Origin: a bacterium
Lineage (GTDB): Bacteria > Zhuqueibacterota > Zhuqueibacteria > Zhuqueibacterales > Zhuqueibacteraceae
Assembly: GCA_044869275.1 (NCBI GenBank)
Contig: JBIOXB010000216.1
Coordinates: 1 to 12,913 of the forward strand
Reading direction: 5' to 3'
Length of the DNA: 12,913 nucleotides
Shown: one piece after another, positions 1 through 7,700 of the stretch
Layout: every line of letters starts with the position of its first letter
Position numbering within the stretch: position 1 is the stretch's first letter
Position numbers and translations under genes: made by a program
Notes under the pieces: generated by a model
What the model was told of the DNA's origin: nothing
Databases searched by the model: none
What the model saw: only the letters and a program-made list of their open reading frames with translations

Positions 1-120
1 AAAGCCAAACTTGTCATCAGAAAGGCGTACGGTTTCAAAAAATTTCAGACAATTGAAATCATGCTTTATCACATACTTGGTGAGCTACCCATGCCGCCGC
101 TCACCCACAGATTTTTATGA
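1..120 (+). CDS. ISL3-family transposase, C-terminal 39 aa (partial)
   Basis: Frame 1 translates as KAKLVIRKAYGFKKFQTIEIMLYHILGELPMPPLTHRFL*. It has the K-x-x-x-x-R-x-AYGF motif and the LYH-x-LG-x-LP-x-P-x-x-THRF tail typical of ISL3 transposases. It is absent from the ORF track because it has no start. Confidence 0.85.
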   Translation, partial: KAKLVIRKAYGFKKFQTIEIMLYHILGELPMPPLTHRFL

Positions 121-126
121 CGAGGC
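1..126 (+). mobile_element. ISL3-family insertion sequence, right end (truncated by window start)
   Basis: Transposase C-terminus at 1..120 runs into a terminal sequence ACCCACAGATTTTTATGACGAGGC (reverse complement GCCTCGTCATAAAAATCTGTGGGT). This resembles the G(G/C)CTC-starting inverted repeats of ISL3 elements, where the stop codon often lies inside the right IR. Confidence 0.8.
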
Positions 127-213
127 AGTTTTCCGTTGTCCGACGGTGTTGCCGCTTTTCACAAGATGCTGGCAGCCGAAGGAGCCGACATAAAAGGCGT
201 ACTCTTGCCTTAG
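127..213 (+). pseudogene. 3' remnant of a probable zinc-binding (MDR-family) dehydrogenase interrupted by ISL3
   Basis: Translates as SFPLSDGVAAFHKMLAAEGADIKGVLLP*, matching the MDR C-terminal pattern (F)PL-x-x-x-x-x-AF...K-x-V-L-x-P. It begins exactly at the IS end and stops 13 bp before the next operon gene. Confidence 0.65.
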
Positions 214-226
214 TGAGACTCGAAAC

Positions 227-1186
227 TTGAATGCTTACAAGGTTCTCTATACCGATCACGGTTTTGCTTCCATAGCTGTAGAGCAGCAGATCATCGGTGC
301 TGCCGGCGCCGACCTCATCGAGGCGCAGTGCAAGTCTCCGGAGGAGGTGGTTGCGCTGGCACAAGAGGCGGACGCGTTGCTGGTGCAATGGGCCCCGGTC
401 CCGGCCAAGGTGGTTCGCGCGCTGCGGCAATGCAAAATCATCGTGCGCCTCGGCATCGGCGTCGATAATATCGCAGTGGCGGAGGCGGCGGAACGCGGCA
501 TTCCAGTTTGCAATGTGCCTGATTACTGCATTGACGAAGTGGCTGACCATACCGTGGCTCTGGCCTTGACCCTCGCGCGGCAGATTCCCTTCGTCGATCG
601 CCGCGTGCGCGGCCACATCTGGAAAATCATGCCGCCCACCCCAATGCCAGCGCTGCGAGACTTGACCTTTGCCACCATCGGCCTCGGCCGTATCGCACAG
701 GCGGTGCACGGGCGCATGCAGTGCTTTGGCTGCAAGAGTATCGCGTGCGATCCCAACGTCTCTCCGGTCGTATTTCAGTCAACAGGCGTCAGCACGAGAC
801 GGCTCGACGAGATTTTTGCCACTGCAGATATTCTTTCATTGCATTGCCCATTGACGCCCGAGACCCACCATCTCGTCAACGCGGCCAGCTTGCAGCAAAT
901 GAAACCGTCCGCCGTTTTGATCAACACGGCACGCGGCGCGCTGGTGGATACCGTCGCGCTCGCGCACGCGCTGGCGCAGAGACAGATCGCCTCCGCCGGC
1001 CTGGATGTATTTGAACAGGAACCGCTGCCGGAAAACCATCCACTGCGCGACTGTCCCCATGCCCTCCTCACTTCACACGTGGCGTGGTACAGCGAGCGCA
1101 GCGTTCCAGAATTGCAGCGCAAAGCGGCCGAGGAAATCGTGCGCGGTTTGCGCGGCGAACCATTGCGAAATCAAATCAACAAATGA
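227..1186 (+). CDS. D-isomer-specific 2-hydroxyacid dehydrogenase (CtBP/phosphoglycerate dehydrogenase-like), NAD-binding
   Basis: 319 aa with a TTG start. Motifs: RLGIGVDNI, NVPDYC..EVADH, Rossmann GLGRIA, LHCPLTPET, INTARG (catalytic Arg), LDVFEQEP (Glu) and TSHVAW (His). Confidence 0.93.
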   Translation: MNAYKVLYTDHGFASIAVEQQIIGAAGADLIEAQCKSPEEVVALAQEADALLVQWAPVPAKVVRALRQCKIIVRLGIGVDNIAVAEAAERGIPVCNVPDYCIDEVADHTVALALTLARQIPFVDRRVRGHIWKIMPPTPMPALRDLTFATIGLGRIAQAVHGRMQCFGCKSIACDPNVSPVVFQSTGVSTRRLDEIFATADILSLHCPLTPETHHLVNAASLQQMKPSAVLINTARGALVDTVALAHALAQRQIASAGLDVFEQEPLPENHPLRDCPHALLTSHVAWYSERSVPELQRKAAEEIVRGLRGEPLRNQINK

Positions 1187-1992
1187 AAATTATTCGATTC
1201 TTGAACAACCGCGGCGATATTTGTTACGGTACGCCGGCGGAGGCAAACAAGGCAAATCTCATTCGCGGCGACATTTTCGGCGAATGCGAGAATACGGACG
1301 ACCTCGTGGCCATCAAAAAGCTGCTCGCCCCAGTCGCGCCTACCGCCATTCTTGGCACCGGATTGAATTACCGGCAGCACGCCCGAGAAAGCGGGATGGC
1401 AATCCCCGGCTTTCCGGTTTTGTTCGTCAAGGGTCTGAACACACTGCAACACCCGGGCGACCCCATCGTGATCCCGCGGCATCTCAGCAGCGACAAAGTC
1501 GACTATGAATGCGAGCTCGCCGTGGTCATCGGCAGGGCTTGTAAAAATGTCTCGCGCGACCGGGCACTCGATTATGTGCTGGGCTACACCTGCGCCAACG
1601 ATGTCAGCGCACGCGATTGGCAGCTCGAAAAGGGCGGCGGGCAATGGTGCCGGGGAAAATTCTTCGACACTTTCACCCCCCTGGGACCGTGCCTGATCAC
1701 AACAGATGAGCTGCAGGATCCGCATCATTTGCAAATCAAAACCTTACTCAACGGCGAGGTCATGCAGAACGCGAACACCAATGACATGGTTTTTGACATC
1801 CCGGGGGTGATTGAGTTTTTCAGCGGCAGCACCACGCTGTTACCCGGCACCGTCATTTTGACCGGCACGCCGCATGGCGTCGGCATGAGCCGGCAGCCGC
1901 CGCGCTGGCTGCGCGCCGGAGACGAGGTGACGATTGCGATAGAAAACATTGGAGAGCTCAGCAATGCTGTGGTGAATGAAAGAATAGATTGA
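1183..1992 (+). CDS. Fumarylacetoacetate hydrolase (FAH) family protein
   Basis: Start re-called at ATG 1183 (ATGA overlap with the upstream stop), giving 269 aa. Motifs: GLNY..HA.E, PVLF.K, VDYECELAVVIG, ANDVSARD.Q, GK.FDTF.PLGP and ILTGTP.GVG. Confidence 0.94.
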   Translation: MKIIRFLNNRGDICYGTPAEANKANLIRGDIFGECENTDDLVAIKKLLAPVAPTAILGTGLNYRQHARESGMAIPGFPVLFVKGLNTLQHPGDPIVIPRHLSSDKVDYECELAVVIGRACKNVSRDRALDYVLGYTCANDVSARDWQLEKGGGQWCRGKFFDTFTPLGPCLITTDELQDPHHLQIKTLLNGEVMQNANTNDMVFDIPGVIEFFSGSTTLLPGTVILTGTPHGVGMSRQPPRWLRAGDEVTIAIENIGELSNAVVNERID

Positions 1993-2003
1993 AGGCATGC
2001 GAT

Positions 2004-2651
2004 ATGAAATTGATCGATCTCTCGCATCCATTAGAGCACGGACAATTGAATTTTCCGTGGGATCCTAAAATCAGCGTCGTGGCGCACAACACGGTCGCTT
2101 CCATCGGGTACAACATCACGCAAATCAGCATGTCCACGCATCAGGGCACGCATCTCGATGCGCCCTTTCATTTTTATGACGAGGGCAAAACGCTGGATCA
2201 AATGCGGCTGGAACAGTTTTACGGCAAGACGGTGCTGATCGATTTTGCCCCGGGCGGCGCGCTCGCGGCGAAAACGCCTCTCACCGTGGAGAAGTTTGCG
2301 CCGCACGCGGATAAATTCCAGACGGGCGCGAAAATCATCTACCGCACGGGTTGGGACCGTAAGTTCGGCACCCCGGAATACTTCTCCGAGTTTCCCACGC
2401 TCACGCTGCCAGCCGCGCAATGGATTGCCGATCGCAAAATCGGCATGTTGGGCATGGATACGCCGACACCGAGCACGGATTGGAAGGAATGCCATCATAT
2501 TCTGCTGAAAGCGGGAGTTGAAATTGTCATCGTCGAGGGATTGACCCGTTTGGAGCAACTGCCGCAGTCGTTCGTGTTCATGGGTTTTCCATTGAATATC
2601 AAAGGCCGCGACGGCGCACCGATTCGCGCCGTGGCTTTGGTAGAGGAGTGA
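2004..2651 (+). CDS. Cyclase-family metal-dependent hydrolase (kynurenine formamidase KynB-like)
   Basis: Signature HxGTHxDxPxH present as HQGTHLDAPFH, plus IDLSH, GMDTP, IVEGL..L and G.DGAP.RAVA. ATG 2004 has GAAGG upstream; the alternative start is TTG 1989. Confidence 0.92.
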   Translation: MKLIDLSHPLEHGQLNFPWDPKISVVAHNTVASIGYNITQISMSTHQGTHLDAPFHFYDEGKTLDQMRLEQFYGKTVLIDFAPGGALAAKTPLTVEKFAPHADKFQTGAKIIYRTGWDRKFGTPEYFSEFPTLTLPAAQWIADRKIGMLGMDTPTPSTDWKECHHILLKAGVEIVIVEGLTRLEQLPQSFVFMGFPLNIKGRDGAPIRAVALVEE

Positions 2652-2653
2652 GC

Positions 2654-3400
2654 ATGCGCGGATTGAAGGATAAGGTGGCCATCGTGACGGGCGGACTGGG
2701 CGATTTGGGCTTTGCCAGCGCCGTGCGCTTGGTGGAGGAAGGCTGCCAAGTGGCGTTGTTGGATCTCAAGGCCGACGAAGCGCATCGCGCCGCTCAAATC
2801 GGTTGCCGCCTGTACCACGTTGACATCAGCAATGAAACGCAAGTCCAGCAAGCTTGCAAAGAAGTGGCAGCGAGGCTGGGACCGGCGGCAATCTTGGTAA
2901 ACGCGGCGGCATGTTTTGTGTTTAAAAGCGTAGAGGCCGGGGTTGAAGATTGGCAAAAGATTCTGAGTGTGAACGTGATGGGCACTTCGTTGGTGACCAA
3001 GCACGTCGTTCCTCACATGCAGCAATTGGGCGGCGGAAGCATTATTAATTTTTCATCCGTGAGTGGATTTGTCGGCCAGCCCAATTTCGCGACCTACAAT
3101 GCCACGAAATTTGCCATCCGTGGCCTGACCAAGTGCTGGGCCCAGGATCTCGCGCTGTACAACATTCGCGTCAATAGTTTGTGCCCGGGATATATTTACA
3201 CCTCGGCGTTCGTGAATTCCTGCCAGCAGCTTGGGCGTGATATTGCGGAAGAAGATCGCAAAGCCTCCGCCATGCATCTGCTCGGACGGCAAGGCCGCCC
3301 TGAGGAAGTGGCGGCAGCTGTGGCATTTTTGGCCAGCGAGGAAGCGTCCTTCATGACCGGCAGCGACCTTTTGGTCGACGGCGGCTATTTGGCGAAATAA
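2654..3400 (+). CDS. Short-chain dehydrogenase/reductase (classical SDR, probably NAD-dependent)
   Basis: TGGLGDLG glycine-rich variant, Asp at the end of beta-2 (LLDL), NFSS, catalytic YNATK, IRVNSLCPG and a DGG tail. ATG 2654 follows GAGGAG; the alternative start is GTG 2648. Confidence 0.93.
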   Translation: MRGLKDKVAIVTGGLGDLGFASAVRLVEEGCQVALLDLKADEAHRAAQIGCRLYHVDISNETQVQQACKEVAARLGPAAILVNAAACFVFKSVEAGVEDWQKILSVNVMGTSLVTKHVVPHMQQLGGGSIINFSSVSGFVGQPNFATYNATKFAIRGLTKCWAQDLALYNIRVNSLCPGYIYTSAFVNSCQQLGRDIAEEDRKASAMHLLGRQGRPEEVAAAVAFLASEEASFMTGSDLLVDGGYLAK

Positions 3401-3950
3401 CTTCAACACTCGGAAACTCAGAATTCTCTAAAACACCTCGAATCTGCTGGCGATGCCGTTGCTCGTGCCTGCCTGCGAATAGAAACCACTGGTACAAATG
3501 CAGCTCTCCCAAGAAGGGATGCGGAAACGCAAGCTGATTCAAATCGTATTTCGTGGCTGTGCCCATGACTTCCAACAAGCCAATGCGAGAACGCTGCAAA
3601 AGGGTGAGCAGTTCTGCTTTGGCCATCCCGGCTTGCGGTGAAGTTTGCGAAATGGTTTTGAATTTATTCTGCGAAGTCTCGCGCAAATGATCGAGGGAAT
3701 GCAGCGCCGAGCTCTCGCCGTCGGGATCCGGTTGCAGTCCTGTTTGTTGCGCTTCTTGGAGCAACCGGCCTGCCATTTTTGTGATCAGTATTTCGATCAG
3801 AAAAAGGTGATGTAGAACTTCACCGATCGACCAGGATTCCGGTGCCGGCTGAAAATCGAGCTGCCGTTGAGAAAGATCGCCGACGACCTGCAACAGCTTC
3901 TGGCGCTGCCGCGTGATTTCCGCGGCAATTTCTTGGAGTTTGTGGTTCAT
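3351..3950 (-). CDS. DinB/YfiT-family putative metal-binding protein
   Basis: 199 aa with the P...WSIGEVLHHL, HPFLG and HEQRH (HxxxH) motifs of DinB_2-type four-helix proteins. Its 3' end overlaps the SDR by 50 bp. Confidence 0.85.
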   Translation of the reverse strand: MNHKLQEIAAEITRQRQKLLQVVGDLSQRQLDFQPAPESWSIGEVLHHLFLIEILITKMAGRLLQEAQQTGLQPDPDGESSALHSLDHLRETSQNKFKTISQTSPQAGMAKAELLTLLQRSRIGLLEVMGTATKYDLNQLAFPHPFLGELHLYQWFLFAGRHEQRHRQQIRGVLENSEFPSVEVISPNSRRRPKGRCRS

Positions 3951-3958
3951 ATTTCTGA

Positions 3959-3987
3959 TTGATTTTGCCGGAACATTTTTCTATACT
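3959..3987 (+). promoter_or_regulatory. Putative sigma70 promoter for the Uma2 gene
   Basis: TTGATT (3959-3964), a 17-nt spacer and TATACT (3982-3987), in the divergent intergenic region. Confidence 0.5.
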
Positions 3988-4041
3988 GACAAGGCGCGGA
4001 TGCCATCTTCACAAAATGCTTTGCCAGCGGAGATTATGTAC

Positions 4042-4623
4042 ATGCAGCAACCTGTGAGAAAATATCATACGCGGGAAGAGTATCTCGCCATGGAAGAGGC
4101 TGCCGAATACAAAAGCGAGTACTACCGGGGGGAAATTTTTGCCATGGCCGGAGCATCGCTGGATCACAATCGCATTGCCATTGATTTCTGTACGCTATTG
4201 AACCGAATCTTATTACCCCGCAATTGCGAGGGGTTTGCGGAGAATGTGAAGATCTGGATCAAAGCCGCGGATCTTTTCACTTACCCAGATGTGGTCGTAG
4301 TGTGCGGAAAACCGGAGCTCTATGAAGACCGAGTCGATACGATCACCAATCCCGTGATAATCGTCGAGGTCTTATCTGAAGCTACGGAGCTCTACGATCG
4401 CGGCAGGAAATTTGAATTCTATCGCACGCTCCCGTCGTTGCGCGAATATGTTTTGGTCGATCAGCGCCGTATGCACGTCGAGCAATTCACCCGCAACGAC
4501 GCCGGGAAGTGGGTTCTGGCCGAATATCACGGCGCGGACACGGTTCTGCCGTTTGCCAGCGTCAAAGCCGAGATTGTGCTGAAAGATATTTATGCACGTG
4601 TGAAGTTTGAACCCGCTTCATGA
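4042..4623 (+). CDS. Uma2-family (DUF820) putative PD-(D/E)xK endonuclease
   Basis: Motifs EEYL..E....K.EY..GEI.AMAGAS..H, TYPDVVVVC, PVIIVEVLS..TE.YDRG.KF..YR.LPSL.EYVLV.Q. Start re-called at ATG 4042 (GGAG upstream), with 4036 possible; the track's 3913 start overlaps DinB. Confidence 0.92.
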   Translation: MQQPVRKYHTREEYLAMEEAAEYKSEYYRGEIFAMAGASLDHNRIAIDFCTLLNRILLPRNCEGFAENVKIWIKAADLFTYPDVVVVCGKPELYEDRVDTITNPVIIVEVLSEATELYDRGRKFEFYRTLPSLREYVLVDQRRMHVEQFTRNDAGKWVLAEYHGADTVLPFASVKAEIVLKDIYARVKFEPAS

Positions 4624-4650
4624 AGCGACGGATGAAGCTTTATATTTGTG

Positions 4651-4745
4651 CTCATCCTCATTATCTGACTCTTACTCGCTTTCATGTTTCTAACGGCGAG
4701 TAAGAGTAGAAGTAAGAGTACGAGTATGAGAATGAGTAAAAGTAT
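4651..4745. repeat. Degenerate GAGTAN hexamer array with inverted copy forming a hairpin
   Basis: Eight tandem units at 4698-4745: GAGTAA GAGTAG AAGTAA GAGTAC GAGTAT GAGAAT GAGTAA AAGTAT. Perfect 12-bp inverted repeat ACTCTTACTCGC (4668-4679) / GCGAGTAAGAGT (4696-4707), with further complementary CTCATC CTCATT at 4651-4662. Confidence 0.8.
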
Positions 4746-4757
4746 GCTCAACTCAGC

Positions 4758-7700
4758 TCACCTAATCTCGATTACACCGCCTTGAAACCTCCCGAACACT
4801 TCCGGCGTGTACATTTCCTCGCCGTGCGTTGAAGGCAGCGTGAAATTGCCGGGCGTGGTGGCGCGCGCCTGGTATTTGTAAACGTGCTCGCCGGCCGGCA
4901 GCCAGGTGGCAAACAGCAGCACGCGATCATCGTGCTTCTCGACGTGATCGAAGCCGGTGCGCCACCAGCCGTAGCCTTCGCCTCCGTTTTCATCTTGATG
5001 AGCGCTGCTGGTGGTCAACAAGCGCGGATTGATCGCTTCAAAGCCCGCCGGTAAGGGATCGTCAATCACCACGAAATGCCGTTCCTGTGCTGTGATCACG
5101 CGCAACACGATTTGCACGACTTCCCCGGGACGATAGCTGGCGCCGGATTGCCCGTTGGTCGTTTCGGCGCGCTCGATCGTCTTCTGGATCGCGAGACCTT
5201 CGTCACGCGTGGGGCCGGCTTGCAGAGGATAATACGCCATGCGCAGGCCGTAATAAAGGCGGCCGGGGCCGGACTTTGCAATTTCGATGGGCAAATCCTT
5301 TTGCGCGGTGAAACGATTGAGCCCCGCTTCCGCACGGCGTACGTCCGTGGTGCGGCCTTGAAAAGCCTCCTGCAAAATACTTTCACCCGCGACGCGAATC
5401 TCGGCGGTAAAATCGGGAATCTCTTTTTCATAGGCGCGGAAAAAAGCCGTGAGCGCTTCGAACACGGAACTGTTTTCCTGCGTCGTGCGCCAACGGCCCA
5501 TCTTGCGTTCGTCCATTAGCCAGCGCACGGCCTTGTCCGCGTGCGGAAACGTCGCCTTGGTTTCGAGCAAGGCTTGCAAGCACAACGCCGTGGTGCGCGC
5601 GGTGGAATAGTAACACCACCACAATTCTTCCGGTTTGAGGTCTTCAAAATGCGCTGTGGTCGGTGCGATTTTGATCTTGTTCATCAATTCGGTTTGCAGG
5701 GCTGTCACCATTGCCGTTTTTTTGCGCAGCGCCGCAGCGCGCAGCAGGTGGCATTGTCCGTCGAGAGAAACTTTGCCGCGATTCTCGAACAGAAAGGTGA
5801 GATAGTCATCCGGCTTTTCGCCGCTGAGCACGAGCGCGTGCAGCAACAGGGCCCGGGTGTAATTGAAAGAGCGCTGGCTGATTGCCTGGTCGGCGCTGTA
5901 CTCCGCACGCAATTGCTCGTTGGCATATTCGCGCACGCGTTTGAGCAGCTTGTGGTTTACTTCGAAATTGTTCTTCTGTGCCTGGGCCATGGTGTAGAGC
6001 GTCAGCGCGGTGATGTAATCCCACGAACGCGGACTGCCCGCCCACAGACTGAAGCCACCATCGTTGGTTTGATAGCGCGGCAGCTCTTCGAGATACTCTT
6101 TGATGGCCGAGCGATAATTGCCTTGCTGGAGTGCCGGCAAGGCGAAGGCCTCGACCAAGTCGCCCGCTAAAATCATGGGCAGAACGCGCGAGGTTCTTTG
6201 TTCCAAACAGCCGTAGGGATATTCGAACAAGTAATTCACCGATTCGCGCAAACCCACCATCGCCGTTGACGAGGCGGCCAATTCCAGCGTGCCGGCATTC
6301 GGGAAAATGTTGGCCGGAATATTCAACTTTTCCAGCGCGCGGTTTTCCGTGCTGCCGCTGGTGGCCACAACTTCCCTGGTCTGCGGCACGGAGATGGGGA
6401 TTTTGGCAGCCAAGCCATCGCTAAAATCTTCTTTGCCATTTTGCATGCGCGCGCGGAATTGAAACGCCGCTTCGCCCACGCCCTGCGCCGCAAAAGGTTT
6501 GCGAATCGCGCGGCTTTCTCCCGGGGCCAATTCGAAATTCGCCAGTGAATCGCCGAGTGCCGCCACACCGCGCGCCTGCATTTGCAGCGACACTTTCGCG
6601 CGTTGTGATGTGGCATTGGTCACCACCACACCGCCCTCGAGACGATCGCCCGCGCGCGCGAAGCGCGGCAAGGCCGCTTGCAACAGCAGTGGCTTGTTCA
6701 CGCGAAATTCCGCGCTGCCGTTGCCGAATTTGCTGTCGCGGGTGTGTGCCACGGCCATGATGCGAAACATGGTGAGATTACCCGGCAATTTGAATTGCGC
6801 CTCGGCGTGGCCACCGGCATCGGTGCGCAGCGCCGGCAGCCACAACGGCGTGGTTTTGAAATCCGAGCGCAGGGCAATGTCTTCGAACGCGCCACCGCCG
6901 CCGGTGGCTTCGGATTTTTCGCCATAATTGCGTTGTTCAATCAAATGCAGAAGGGTTTCACTCGTGCGCACGGACAAAGGACGCGGGCCATAAAAATCGC
7001 CGAAGGGATCCGGCAATCCATAGCCGATCAAGCTCAGTACGCCGACATCCACCACGGCCAGCGTGATTTCGCTTTCCGCGCCGCGGCCACCGGCCCTGCC
7101 GACGTCAACGCTGATGCGCACGGTCTCGCCGGGGCGATAATCGCGACGGTCGGATTTCACTTTCAAACTGAGATGGCGTGTGCCGGGATCGACGGTGAGA
7201 TTGGTATAACCAATTTTGAATTGCGGCTTGCCGAGATCTTCGCCCTCCTTGGAAAACGTTTGGTTGCCGGTGCGGCCTTGCAGCAGCGCGACGCTGACAA
7301 AAACATTGGGCAGATAGTTTTCTTTGATGGGGATTTGAATCGTGGGCGCAGTGCCGGCCAATTCCACGATGCGGCTTTCGAAAATGGATTCGCGCTCGAT
7401 CGTCACCAGCGCGCGGCATTTTTCGAAAGGCGATTGAACCATGAGGGTGGCATTATCGCCAGGCCGGTAGCGCCGGCGATCGGGCACCAATTCGATACGA
7501 TCATCATCGCCGCGTTCCCATGCCACGTAATCCGCGCCGCTGACATAAAGGAAAACCGCGCTCTTGGCGGTTTGGCCGCGACGATCGTTCGCTTGCGCTT
7601 CAACAATATAATAGCCGGATTTTTGCGGCGTGAAGGCGTAAGCCAGCACCTTGCTGCCGCTGGTGATGACGCCGGAATCAACCGGCGTATCTTCCACCGT

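Noticed and set aside
11..193. 60-aa ORF in the track
   Set aside because: It spans the IS boundary in a different frame from the recognisable transposase tail and MDR remnant, and has no motifs.
1084..1182. N-terminal extension of the FAH ORF
   Set aside because: It overlaps the dehydrogenase by about 100 bp; ATG 1183 gives a standard ATGA coupling and a typical FAH N-terminus.
3913..4041. Hydrophobic N-terminal extension of Uma2 suggesting a membrane anchor
   Set aside because: It overlaps the DinB start and the predicted promoter; the domain and RBS indicate a start at 4042 or 4036.
4688..4745. TTCTAAC followed by repeats, considered as an attC site or a CRISPR array
   Set aside because: There is no matching L boxes or GTT R' box, and the 6-bp tandem units have no spacers.
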